Assembly (NCBI GenBank): GCA_963762255.1
Contig: CAVXKA010000001.1
Coordinates: 576,001-640,000 of the forward strand
From: Candidatus Eiseniibacteriota bacterium
GTDB lineage: Bacteria > Eisenbacteria > RBG-16-71-46 > JABDJR01
Direction: 5' to 3'
Length of the DNA stretch: 64,000 nucleotides
Shown: in pieces, positions 43,787 to 55,670 of the stretch
Layout: each line of letters starts with the position of its first letter
Position numbering within the stretch: the first letter of the stretch is position 1
Notes under the pieces: model-generated
Told to the model about the DNA's origin: nothing
What the model saw: only the letters and a program-made list of their open reading frames with translations
Database searches by the model: none
Position numbers and translations under genes: made by a program

Positions 43787-44254
43787 CTATTGGGGGATCG
43801 TCTCCGCGAGGAACACTCGGAGGCGATCGATGATGGACCCAAGTGCGCGACCTGCATCCAGGGGCTGCCCCTCTCCGACCACGTTGAATTGTACCGGGTC
43901 GGTCTCCATCTCAATCACGACTGGTATCACCTGGTACCGGCGCTCCGTCGGGTCAAAGACAACCTCGAACGCCATTCCTCGATCCTCATTGGTCCCCAGC
44001 AATCGCGCGCTCACTCCCTCGTCCTCATGAGGATGTCGCGCCACAGTGTCGGGGTGGCTAAACCCATCGCTCCGAACGCCCGCCAGTTCCTGACGCAAGA
44101 TCTGTCGAATGGATCTGAGGACCGGTTCCAATCGCCTCCCCACCGGCTCATCGTGTTCAGCCTCGATCCCCTTGCTTGCTGCGGGGGATTGCGTCCTGTA
44201 GGTGATCAAGTCGTAGCCGTCATCGCCCTCGTTGTAGCGCAACTCGAAGATCAC
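43787..44254 (-). CDS. hypothetical protein
   Basis: GTG start with RBS gaggag; co-directional between the TWG gene and Res. Confidence 0.5.
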   Translation of the reverse strand: MIFELRYNEGDDGYDLITYRTQSPAASKGIEAEHDEPVGRRLEPVLRSIRQILRQELAGVRSDGFSHPDTVARHPHEDEGVSARLLGTNEDRGMAFEVVFDPTERRYQVIPVVIEMETDPVQFNVVGEGQPLDAGRALGSIIDRLRVFLAETIPQ

Positions 44255-44296
44255 GCATCCTCCTCGCTCGTGGCAGCCTTCGCCGCGGGGCAGACC

Positions 44297-45365
44297 CTAC
44301 CCACCGAACCTCTGCTTCAGCTGGCCCCAGGTGGTGGGGACAACTGGAATCCAATCGTCCACCAGCCAACACGCAGACCTAAAGGCCGCCTGGAGATCTG
44401 GAGTCAAGGACCAGAAGAATCCAGGATCATAGGACACGTCTGGACCGCCCTGACTCGTCCAATCCCGCAACACGATCACGGAACCAGTTACCGAGAGCTG
44501 ACCCTGAACGTCATCCACATCGCGGGTGACGTAGAGGAGCGAGGGATTCACGGGCGTGCCAAGTGCGACCTGGCAGTTCGACTGGTCGAGGTTGTGCGTG
44601 ATGAGCGAAATACCGTTGACGGGCTCGAACGCCAGCAGAGTGGCAAAGTACGTCCAGCCGCCGGTCCAGTTGTTCCAATCGAGGCGGTCGCCGCCCGGAA
44701 ATCCGATGTAGCGCGAGTTGATGATGGTGGCGGTGACCGACGCGGTGCCTGAGCTCGACCTGAGTTCGATGTCAGCGGTCGACGGCGTGCTTCCGTAGAA
44801 GGTGCCAAAGTTCACAACGACCGCGGTGTGGCCGGCATCGAGCGCGAAGAACGCTCGAGTTCTGTCCAAAGAAGTAATCGACCGCGGGTATGCCGCTAAT
44901 GTTGCCGTCGATGTTGTACCGGAACACATGATTGGTAGTGTCGTACGTCGTCAGCGGGGTCAGCACGTTTGGAAGGGACGCGGTGATGTCGTTACCGTTT
45001 CGGTCGAAAATGAGCGCCTCGGTTTTCGCTGGAATGGTAGGACCGCCCTTCGGCGTGTACCTGCCCCTCACGTAGTAGTAGGTCGCGTTGGGGAAGTACT
45101 CAGGCTCGGTGTAGATCGCCGGGGAACCAATCTCGAATCCTTCGGAATGGGTGCCACCGCACGTCAGATGATCGTCATTGGGACCGAAATCAACGTCACC
45201 ATTGGCGTGGACGTGTCCGGAGATGCAGATGTTGCCCTCCGCCTGGATGTCTCCCATACACACCAACGCGTAAGGGAGTCGCTGCTCACAGGGTGTCTGG
45301 CTCAACACAGACGCCGGGGCCGCAAGGACGGCCAACAGAATCAAAGAACACCTGAAGATTGCCAT
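44297..45365 (-). CDS. secreted protein with TWG tail (frameshift near 44850)
   Basis: Signal peptide; I.GHVHANGDV; C-terminal IPVVPTTWGQLKQRFGG. Confidence 0.65.
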
Positions 45366-45375
45366 GTGAATCACG

Positions 45376-45414
45376 GCCTCCGAGGAGGCATGGGGTGAAG
45401 ACATCTTAGCACCG
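45376..45414 (-). promoter_or_regulatory. 39-bp promoter/leader identical to 28630-28668 (extended -10 TGCTAAGAT plus RBS)
   Basis: Exact repeat in front of two different TWG-tail genes. Confidence 0.75.
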
Positions 45415-45508
45415 CCCGCAAGCTGCACGACGGCCCGCACCCACCCTTGACTCGTGCAGTTGAAGAGCAGCTCGAAAGACCGTCGACTCCAGCGACTTCA
45501 GGCTCTCG

Positions 45509-46704
45509 TCACTCGACAAGAATCCCGCCGACCTCGGCAGCCCCCTTACGCAATACACCAATGGCGTAGTCCAAGTCACTCTTCAGGTGGAGGGACGACA
45601 CTGCGGCTCTTAGCCGGGCAGTGCCCTGCGGTACAACCGGATATGGTATGGCTTGAATGAACAGCCCACGCCTCTGACAGTACCGGGCCAGCCTCCAAGC
45701 CTGCCAATCATCCCCGCAGATGATGGGAAAGATCGCGGTCTTACTGTTCAAGAATGGAAGTCTTGCTTCACGCAGATGTTCTGCGAAGTACGAGGCGTTC
45801 TCGTGAAGCATGCGTACCCTCTCCGGCTCTTCCTCAATTACCTCAAGCGCAGCGAGTGCAGCTGCGGCTGCAGAGCCGGGAGGGCGCCTGAATAGATGAA
45901 CCCCCGAGCCTGGCATTTCAGTAACTCACACAGGCGCTTGCTGCCGGCCACATAACCACCGACGCTCGGGACGGCTTTGCTGAAAGTCCCCATCTTGATA
46001 TCGATGCTGTCCGGATGAAGGCCGAAGTGCTCTTCAATACCATGGCCAGTGCGACCCAGAACGCCAAGAGAGTGTGCCTCGTCGACCATGAGCAATGCGT
46101 CATACTGCCTACAGAGACGACTAATCTCTGGCAGGTTGACTATGTCGCCGTCCATGCTGAAGACGGCGTCGACCACGACAAGTTTCCGGCCGCGGTTCGC
46201 TGGAGCTTCGAGACACTCCACCAGATGTTCCATGTCATTGTGCCGAAAGCGGACCAAGTTCGCCTGCGACAGCTGGCAACCGTCCATGATGCTGGCGTGG
46301 TCCAATTTGTCGCAGAACACTGTGTCATGCCTACCAAGTAAGCAGGCGATTGATGAAACATTGGCGACGTAGCCGCTGGAAAACGTGGCCGCCGCTTCGG
46401 TTTGCTTGAACGCCGCCACCTTCTCTTCTAGGCGCTTGTGAATCTCGAGCGTGCCAGACAGAAGTCGGACGCCATGCGTCCCGGTGCCGAACCGGTCGAT
46501 CGCCTCTTGCGCTGCCCGGTTGATCTTGGGATGCCCATTGAGTCCGAGGTACGAATAGCTGCCGAACATGAGCATTTCGCCATGGCCGGACACCGTGGCT
46601 CTGAAGTCAGCGGCGTAGGACTCAATCGGCTCCAGATAGAAGTAGAGATCTTCGTCACGGACTCGCTGCAGCGGCCAATCGGGCTCGAAATTCCACCCAT
46701 CCAT
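45509..46704 (-). CDS. alpha-oxoamine synthase (BioF / serine palmitoyltransferase-like, class II PLP), frameshift near 45875
   Basis: MFGSYSYLGL, DHASIMDG, DAVFSMDGD, VDEAHS and GTFSKA motifs. Confidence 0.85.
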
Positions 46705-47082
46705 TCAGGGCCTCCCAAGAGCCTGCTCACCTCGCAGAAACGGATGAATCAAAGCGCAGTGGAAGACCGTCGCCTTCCAAAGGCATTGCACTATAGCATC
46801 GTCCACAAGCCACGCGAGTACTCGTCTCGCATTCAATAGCGACAGAGAATTCAGCACCGCATCCAACAATGCGTCTCTGAGTCAGACCACGACATGTGGC
46901 AATCCGGGGGGGCAGACGGCGGGCACGTGGGACAGCCCGTGGGCAGTCCTGGGGCTCCACGTGCATGCCCTTAACGGGGCAGAGGTGCAGCGAAGTCCAC
47001 CTTACTCGCGAGGACTCAGGAGGTTAGCGGATGGGCATGCTCTGCCCCTAGATGCGGCACGTCCCCGGTTGGGCTCGATTTC

Positions 47083-48681
47083 GTGCCCCATTATCGGGGT
47101 CATTCCGGATGCGGATGTCCCATTATCGGCCTTTGCGCCGAGGCCACTGACGCAAAACGGGCGCTTGGCCAAAGTGCCATGCCCCAAGACGACCCCGCCG
47201 TCAAGCGCGGCTGGGACGCCATGCTCTACGACGAGGGCGGCGTCAGCGCCGAGACCATCGGAGCGCGTCCCGTCATGAAGCGGCTGCTCGACGATGTCGC
47301 CGCCGGCCGCATCGACCTCGTTGCCGTGGTCGAGATGGAGCGGCTCTGCCGCGCCTCCGACCTGCGCGATTGGGCGACCATCAGCACCACGTTCCGCGAG
47401 GCCGGGACGCTGGTGGCCACCCCCGAGCGCATCTTCAACCTCGAGACAGCCGAAGACGACTTCGAAGCGGACCTGCGGGGCATCCTCTCCAAGCGCGAGA
47501 AGCGCAAGCTCCTCGAGCGCACCCACCGCGGCCTGGAACAGGCCCGCGATGCCGGGCGGTTCATCGGGGGTCAGCCGATGCTCGGCTACCGCTACGATCA
47601 CGCTACCCGCAAGATCGTCCCCGACCCGGAGACGGCCCCCTTGGCCCAGCGCATCTTCGAATCCACCCTTGGGGCCTGGGCACTCTGCCGCCAGCTGCGC
47701 AGCGAAGGGATCACCGTCGGGTACCAGAAGATCGAGCGCATCCGCACCCATCCCTGGTACGTCGGGAAGCGGGTCAACTCGGAGGGGCGGCTGATCGATG
47801 CCGACTGGCCCGCCATCATCGACGAGGACATCTGGCGGAAGTGGCAGAGGAACCCGAGACGGCTCGCCCGCCGCGTTGCGCCGAACGCGAAACCCACGTA
47901 CTTCCTCTCTGGCATCGTCCGGTGCGCCAACTGTGGCAAGGCCGTTGTCGGGGCACCCATCCAACCCTCCAAGACGGGCATGCCGCTCTTCGTCTACAAG
48001 TGTTTGGAACCGCGCAGGTGTCCGGCGAAGGGAGGCCAGCTCTCCGGCTGGCTCGTGGACCTGCTCGTGCTGGATGCGCTCAAGGCGCACGCCGGAGATC
48101 CGGAGGTCTTGAAGGACCGCTACGCCCGCGCGATGGAGACGGCGGGAAGTCGGGACGCGACCGCCGAGCGCGATGCTCTGAAGGCTCAGGTACGCGACCT
48201 CGAAGCCCGGCAGGCCCGTCTCGTCGACGCCGTCGAGCAGGCGTTGCTGCCGGACCACATCGTCCGCAGGCGCCAGAAGGCGCTCGACGCCGAGATGAAG
48301 CTGGCGCGCAGCCGTCTCGACGCGACGGTGGACGCCACGATCATCCCGTCTCTGCCGGACCTGCGGGCGATCCTCGCTCTGGCCGAGGGGATCGAGACGG
48401 CAGGCCGCGACGGTCAGCGCGAACTACTGGAACGCCTCGCCACCGCCGTCGAGATCGATCCACGCACGCGAACGGTGACGGTGACCTGGCGGCTCGGCGG
48501 CGAGACCCGGTATCGGGTTCCGCTGTTCCGGGGCGGGCAGGGGCGGAGCGTCGGAGAGCTTCATGGAGCGGGTGGCGGCGTCGCCGGGGGACTTCCTCGT
48601 CCCGTAGAGAGCTTGGCCGGGGAGGAGCATCGCAAGAATGACTCGGCGGGTCGGCTAGACCAGCGGCCTCGACATACTTGA
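47083..48681 (+). pseudogene. large serine recombinase lacking the N-terminal catalytic YxRxS motif
   Basis: Homology starts near 47196 (KRGW..YDEGGVSA..RPVMKRLL..ERLCR); recombinase domain; Zn ribbon CANC..YKC; coiled coil. Confidence 0.75.
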
Positions 48682-48930
48682 TGGTGATCTGAAAGCGGAT
48701 TCTTATGATATGGTCTCAGTCAGCCTTGAGCACAACCCCCTGCATCATGGCTGCTGCGATCACGAACGTACTCTGGGCCGCTCCGGATTGCACTGATTCC
48801 CAAGAGCAACTGGCCGTTCGATAGCGTCCCGGGTCTTGATGCACGAGATTCCCCTGGTGGGCTGACGAACTGGACTCTGCCTCCTTGACATCTCCAGCCG
48901 CCTCGCTTGCAAGGGGAGGGGGTATATATC

Positions 48931-51900
48931 ATGAGGCGATCGTTCGTCATGGGGATGATTGTTGCCGCGCTGTGTCTCCCATGGCTCGTGTACTTCAACA
49001 CGCCATTGGCAAGCGGGCTCCGTGGACCGAGTCCGACCCGGAGCATTGACTGGCGTGTCGATGTCCACGACGCGGGAACTGCTGACGTTCCTCGGGTGAT
49101 CGCGAGACCACCGCTCGATCCGCTTTCGGTGACCACGACGGCTGGAGTGTGGCGCGAGACCACGCCACCCCAGCGCTATAAGCACGTTGCATGTTTCGAC
49201 CCGGTCGGTCGCCGTATGCTCTTCATCGGAGGTCAAGACGATTGGCCTCGAAACGCGCTTTACGCGATCGACGCAGATGCTCCCGGGGAACCGACGGAGG
49301 TGACCGTCGGGGGCGACCCGCTCCCCGGCCTGACTGACGCTTCCATCGTCTACGACTCGCGGCGGCAACGCGTCCTGGTCTTCGGTGGCGACAAGCTCGA
49401 TTACTACGCGGGCGACCTGGGCGTTACCAACAACGTGTGGGAAATCACTCTGGACGCCATCCCCTCCGGGCGTCTTCTAACCCCGCAAGGGGAACGACCT
49501 CTTCCACGCAAAGGACACGCCGCTCTCTACGATCCGGTGCGGGACAGGATGGTCGTCTATGGAGGTTCGGCCGGAGCCGATGAGGTATGGGCCCTGGAGC
49601 TGAGTGGGCTTCTCCGGTGGGTCCGTCTCGATCCATCGGGTGTCGCGCCGGCCGGCCGTTCCGGACACGGGGTTCTGTATGATCCCGAAGGGGATCGCAT
49701 GATCGTGATCGGAGGGGGGAATGGACCCACCGAGATTGACGTCCTGGAGTTTGCCGGGGGGGAGACGTGGCGGATCCTGTCGGCAGGTGGGACGCCGCCC
49801 AGCCTGGGGAGTAGCGATGCCGCAGTGTTCGATTCCAATCGCCGGGGCGTCCTGACCTTTGGTGCGGGCGCTGGGAACGAGACCTGGGAGCTCCTGCTTA
49901 ACGACAACAGCGCCTCGTGGGTTCCTATCACGGTGGCGGGAACAAAACCGGGTGCCCGGTACTGGCACGTGGCCGCGTTCGATCCCGTGGCCGACCGGAT
50001 GATGGTTCACGGTGGCATGCTGATTCCTGGACCTGTCCTCAGAGACGCCTGGGTCCTGAACTTGAGTGGCGTTCCGACGTGGCAGCAGATCTGTCCCGTG
50101 GATCCCATGCCTTCCGAGCGCTACCTTGCCGCGTTCGCCGAGGACTCGAACCGGGACAGGCTCCTGATATTTGGCGGCTGGGCCGGATTGCCACCCGCCT
50201 TCAATGATTCCTGGGCGCTCTCCTTCGCCGCACATCCGAGCTGGTCGGCTTTGGCTCCGGGGGGAACCAAGCCTTCGGCACGATTTGGCGCCTCCATGAT
50301 CTATGAGACCGAGGGGGACCGGATCATCCTCTGCGGGGGCGCGACGCCCGCCAAACTGAACGACGTTTGGAGCCTCAACCTAGCCGGTTCCTCCGCATGG
50401 AGCCGTCTCTTTCCGTCGGGAAGCGCCCCGGTCGCAAGATACGCGCATACCGCCGTGTACGATGCGGCTCGCCGCCGGATGATCGTATTTGGGGGCAGCA
50501 GCGATGGCGGCTACAGGAATGATGTGTACGTCCTAAACCTGAACGGCGCTGTGTCATGGGCACTGCTGGCAACGCAGGGCGTCGCTCCGTCTGCCCGGTC
50601 CGAGCACGGCGCGGTGTTCGATGCCGCATCGGACCGCATGCTTATCTTTGGGGGATACAACGGCGCTCCCCTCCAGGACTCGTGGGCGCTCGACTTCGCC
50701 ACGACCCCCCCGACATGGACTCGGCTCGCAGACCTGCCAGTCCAAGCCCGGCGCGGCCCCTTGGTCGTCCTCGACTCGCTTCGCCGGCAGGTTCTGCTCT
50801 TCGGGGGTGACAACGATGGTAACTATGTATTTGATGTCCACACCCTGAGCCTCGCAGGCACTCCGTCGTGGTCGCGGCTCGAGCCGTTTGGCTATCCCGC
50901 GATGCCCCGTCGAAACGCGGTGGCTGCGTTCAATCGGCAGAGTCGCCGGTTCGTTGTCTCCTGCGGGGTGACCGGCTCTGCCCGCAATGACACATGGACT
51001 CTGGACTGGACCCCGCCCTCGCGGCCCACATACTGCTCTGCGGCCGATCAAGTCCTGGAGTACCAAGCCGGTCCGGGAACCAACCTTGGATCTCGGCAGA
51101 GCTGCCTTCTCGACTCGGACGGGATCGGGCTTTCCCTCGGAACCGGGGGCTCCGTGACGGTCCGCCTGGCGAGCAACGTCATCGACGGACGCGGCGACGA
51201 CTTGATCGTGTACGAGCTTGGCGCGGATGACGGTGACGTGGATGAGGAGTTCCTTGTTGAAGTCGGGAGCACCCAGAGTTCCTTCGTGACCCTGGGTTCG
51301 GGCTCAGGGGGTGCCGTCGCCTTCGATCTGGGAGCAAGTGGCCTCACCCGGGCTCGATACGTGCGCATCACCGACACGGGGCCGGCGTCGGCAGATCCCT
51401 ACCGCGCGGGCGCCGACCTGGATGCCATTGAGGTACTCAATTGTGGGAAGCTAGACTTCGCGCTGAACCGGATCGAAGTTGCACAGGCGGTCGTCTCCGA
51501 ACGCCTGGTTCAAGGAAAGCCAACGGTAGTTCGCGCTTTCCTCGAAAACACCGGTGATCCCGCCCAGGACTGGACTCCGGTGCAGGGCCAGCTCCATGTT
51601 CTTGATGGGAACGGGACCGAGCTCTACGTACGCGACGCCGCGGAACCCTTGGTCTGGCCCGTTGACGATTCGTTCGATCACGAAAGCGAGCGTAAGGGAA
51701 CCAATTCCCTCAATTTCTACCTGACCGCCGAGGAGACCAGGGTTTCGTCGCTCCGGTTCTGGGCTGACATCGATCCCAACAATCTGGTCACCGAGGAAGA
51801 TGAGCTGAACAACGACAATGCTGGGGCACCCGTGAGCCAGAGCTTCTACCTGGCGCGGTCGTTAGACATCGGATACTGCGTGGTCGGTCCTTACTGGCAG

Positions 51901-54135
51901 CGCGAGGGGCTCTCCGTCATCGGCTCGGCACCGGCCCTTCTTGCCAAAACCTATCCCACGGTGTTCGATCCCGTCTCGAACTGGCAGGACGCCGGATTTG
52001 TATCCTGGCCTGTCACCGTTACTTCATATAATGTTCCGCACTTCTCCATCGCCTGAAGATCAAGTTGGGTCACGAGAACGATGATCGCAGAAAGATCGGG
52101 GACCCTGAACTCAGTGCACTGATAGGCTTTTCGACGGCTTGGGACATGGGAGATGTTGTCGGAAAGACTGGGGGGCAGATAATCGCCGTCGATGCCGGAT
52201 ACGTGCAAGGTATGCAACACATTCTGGCGCACGAGATAGGACATGGATATGGGTTGCGCGGCGAGTACTATAGCCCTATCGAAGATCCCCCGGGCTGGCG
52301 CGCGGAGGATCACTATCCGCTTGATATTTCCGGGTGTCCGGACCCACTGACCCAATGCAGGAATTACCCCGCCCGAAACCGAAACCAAGGGCTTGTCCAG
52401 GGCCGATACGTCTCGATCGGTTCGTTCGACGTGGAGGCGAAACGCCCCGCCGGATGGGGTTCAACGAACCGCTCTTGCGAGTCCCACCCAGAAAGATGCA
52501 ACCTGGCCATCGATCATGCGACACAGGTTTCCAACCACGCCAATCAATCCCAGGTCCTGCATTGGGATGGATGGGCGGACGCTGTACTCGCCGTCAACGA
52601 TCGCCGCATCGGCTTCATGGGCTCTGCTACCTACGGTGACGGATTCGCCTGGATCACTGACGACGACTACGAGGTGTTGGCCGATCACTTCATCATCTCC
52701 GGACCGTCCAAGCCGGCCCCATCCACCGCCCTCGTCCCCACGAGTGGTGATTTGCTCCAGCTCTGGATGGGGACCGTCATCACCGCCACCGACCAAGTAA
52801 TTCCCTTTGCCTGGCGTATCATCGAGACTGAAATCATCCCGGATTCGCTTCAGGGGACCCAGTACTCCCTGGCATTGCTCGACGCTGGGAGCGAGGTCCT
52901 GGCCTCCTACGGCTTCGACCTCGATTTCTCGGTCGGGGACAGCGTGCTCTTCGCTCCCGCGCTTCCGTTTCCGACCGGAGTCACGGAAGTCCGTATCTCC
53001 AAAGGAGCGCAACTCCTTTACAGTCGGGTGCTCTCGGCCTCCCCCCCCGAAGTCACTATCCTCACTCCCCTGGGGGGCGAGACGCCCGCGGAGAGCCTCA
53101 CGGTGAGCTGGTCGGTCTCGGACACCGACGGTGACGACATCGTCGCGGATGTCTTCCTGTCCCTGAATGGTGGTGCCTCGTGGTCTCTCTTCGCCGCGGA
53201 ATACCCCGAGACGACCCTCACCCTCGCTATGTCCGACCTGCCGGGAACCTCACAGGCCAAGATCCGGATCTCGGTGACGGACGGCATGAGAGTCACGAGC
53301 GCGGACTCCCCCGGCACGTTCACGATCGGGGCCAAGACGCCGATCGCGTTCGTTCTTACCCCGGGGGATAGCACTGAGGTGCTCCAGAGCGACATGATTC
53401 AACTCACTGGAGATGCCACCGACCCCGAAGACGGAATGTTGCCCGATAGCTTGCTTGTCTGGACGGACCCGGTAGCGGGGGCGCTGGGGATCGGACGGCA
53501 TCTCTCGGTCTCCGCGGGCTCTCCGGGCATGCGGACCATCATCCTGACGACCAACGATTTCGAATCGAACACGGCGAGGGATACCTGCCGGGTGACCGTC
53601 CTGGCGGATGTGGATGGGGACGGGATGAGTGACGCGTGGGAGGTGATGTATCCTGGCCTGGATCCGACAGTGTTCGACGGCCAACTGGACCTTGATCACG
53701 ACCGCCTCAGCAATCGCGACGAGTACCGAATCGGTACCGACCCTACCGACATGGATACGGACGGCGACGGCGCGCAAGATGGCCTGGAGGTCGAGCAATC
53801 CACTGACCCTCTCGATCCTAGTGAAACGCCAGTGGGTGTAACAGAGGTCCCACCCCGGCCAGTCCTATCCCTCATGGCCTACCCAAATCCATTCCGGGGC
53901 TATGCTCGGATTCGCTACGTCATTCCCCTATCTTCTACGGCGTCGGTTGACGTGTTTGACATTCGGGGGTCGCCGGCTTGTGTGTTTGGCTCAAGGCCAG
54001 CATTCACCCGGTGAACACGAGGTCAGATGGGACGGCCGGGACGATGCCGGGCGACTCGTCAGCTCCGGAATCTACTTCTACCGGCTTAGGAACGCTGGCA
54101 AGTCGGTGGTTCTCAAGGCAGTCTTCCTGAGATAG
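48931..54135 (+). CDS. giant secreted Kelch-repeat / CARDB / zincin / Ig / Ca-binding protein with FlgD-T9SS-type C-terminus (frameshifts near 52045 and 53980)
   Basis: About a dozen Kelch repeats (PxxR..H...YD...RM..FGG); IDPNN.V.EEDELNN; AHEIGH; DxDGDG repeats; YPNPF...WDGRDDAGRLVSSGIYFYRL. Confidence 0.8.
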
Positions 54136-54186
54136 TCGGGACGGAGCAATGGAATCATTGCTACCGGAGGATCCATGGAGGTCGAC

Positions 54187-55056
54187 ATGAGGAAGAAGCT
54201 CACCCGTTTCCGCCCGCAGTCCTTCGCCTTGGCTCTTCTCCTGCTGTCCGCGACGACGAAAATGGCGTTCGCTTCTGAGGATCCGGCGATCTGCGGCCTC
54301 CTAGCCCCTGATGAACTCCGCCCCGGAGCCGAACCGGTGAGTGTGATGGTGACCGTGTGCAACGTCGGGGATTCCGTCGGGGAGGCGAATGCCACTTGGC
54401 GGCTCACGGTGGAGATCGACTCATTAGGTACCAGCCCTCCAATCAAGTATGTCTTGGCCGACACCAGCGTGATCGGGCTTCCTGGCCCGGGCGAGTTCAT
54501 CCTCTTCGATCTTCCCGTCAGGGCCCCGGCGTCCGGTCGCGCCGGTTCCTATCGATGGCGTGCCACCCTGATCCCGCTCGACCATATCGCGGACGAGGAC
54601 TTCCAGAACAACAGCGAAGTGGGCACCACGCTGAGGTTGAGGGGCATCGACCTATACGCGATGCACATGGAGGGTCCCGCCGAAGTGGCGGCCGGCGACA
54701 CTGCGGTCGTCTTCTATGCCCTCGCGAACAGGGGCACGGTCACGGCGGGGCCGTTCCGGATTCGCTTTGGATTGGCCCGATCAGCGATTTCAGGAGATGA
54801 CGAGATCGTATGGATGATGGAATCCTCAGATGTTCTTGAGCTGTCTCTGGCCCCTACAATTTTTGTGTTCTCAACTGGGCACGCAGTCATCATCCCGGAG
54901 GATCTTCCGCCTGGAGCATGGGTCTGGATCATCGACCTGGATCCGGACAATGCCGTTGTCGAAGAGGACGAAACCAACAACCGCATGGCCGGGAACGCGA
55001 CCGTCCCGAGCCTTCCCGTCTCCTGGGGAAGCCTGAAGCGCAGGTACGCTCACTGA
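54187..55056 (+). CDS. secreted CARDB-domain protein with SWG tail
   Basis: Signal peptide; DPDNAVVEEDETNN; C-terminal VPSLPVSWGSLKRRYAH. Confidence 0.75.
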   Translation: MRKKLTRFRPQSFALALLLLSATTKMAFASEDPAICGLLAPDELRPGAEPVSVMVTVCNVGDSVGEANATWRLTVEIDSLGTSPPIKYVLADTSVIGLPGPGEFILFDLPVRAPASGRAGSYRWRATLIPLDHIADEDFQNNSEVGTTLRLRGIDLYAMHMEGPAEVAAGDTAVVFYALANRGTVTAGPFRIRFGLARSAISGDDEIVWMMESSDVLELSLAPTIFVFSTGHAVIIPEDLPPGAWVWIIDLDPDNAVVEEDETNNRMAGNATVPSLPVSWGSLKRRYAH

Positions 55057-55303
55057 TACTACCCTTCTAGCCTGACTGATCCGAGTTCTCCGGAGGGTTG
55101 CCTTGTTCATTTCCGGAGACAGCGTTGGAACATCCTGGCGTTGACAGTGGGCCTCCTCGCATCTGGTCGTCGAACGTACCCGATCGACCTGAGCAGCCGC
55201 CAGTCGATGAATCGGCCGGCCCTGGTGCCGCGCGCGTTGATTGTCACCTGAACGACCAGGGAGACGTTTGTGCCCACTCGACTCAACTGGACATGAACCT
55301 TGT

Positions 55304-55485
55304 GTCACCCGTGGGCTGTCATAGCTTCCACGGCAGTCCGGGTGGCCCTATATGTGTTTGAAATCAATGGGTTTCAGGGATCGGTCTTGCGGCAGAAGTC
55401 GCACCCAGGCGGCGGTTGTGTCCACTCGAAGGGTGGTTTTCGGGTGGATAGGAAACATGCGTCTCCCCCCCTGGAAATCGGGGGG
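55304..55485 (+). repeat. non-coding att-like repeat, copy C
   Basis: Aligns with 28841-29015; an extra inverted motif TTGTGCCCACTCGA lies at 55268-55281. Confidence 0.9.
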
Positions 55486-55608
55486 TGAGGTTCAAGGTCA
55501 GACCGACGAGATGGGCGCGAGCGGGAGCCCCTGGTCAAGCATGGGGGACACAAACATATGACTCCCCGGGGGGGGCACCTCCGCAACACGGATGGACGGC
55601 CCCAGACC

Positions 55609-55639
55609 GGGCCCGGTTGACCCAGTGCCAACCGGGCCC
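55609..55639 (-). terminator. GC-rich 11-bp hairpin GGGCCCGGTTG / CAACCGGGCCC
   Basis: Perfect stem about 30 nt downstream of the stop at 55671; no clear U-tract. Confidence 0.4.
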
Positions 55640-55670
55640 ACTCGCTGGATAGGTTACCGGGTTCAGTGCG

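Noticed and set aside
52054-52056. TGA in the Kelch giant gene as a second selenocysteine
   Set aside because: Coding continues in a different frame, which indicates a 1-bp indel rather than read-through; no Cys/redox context.
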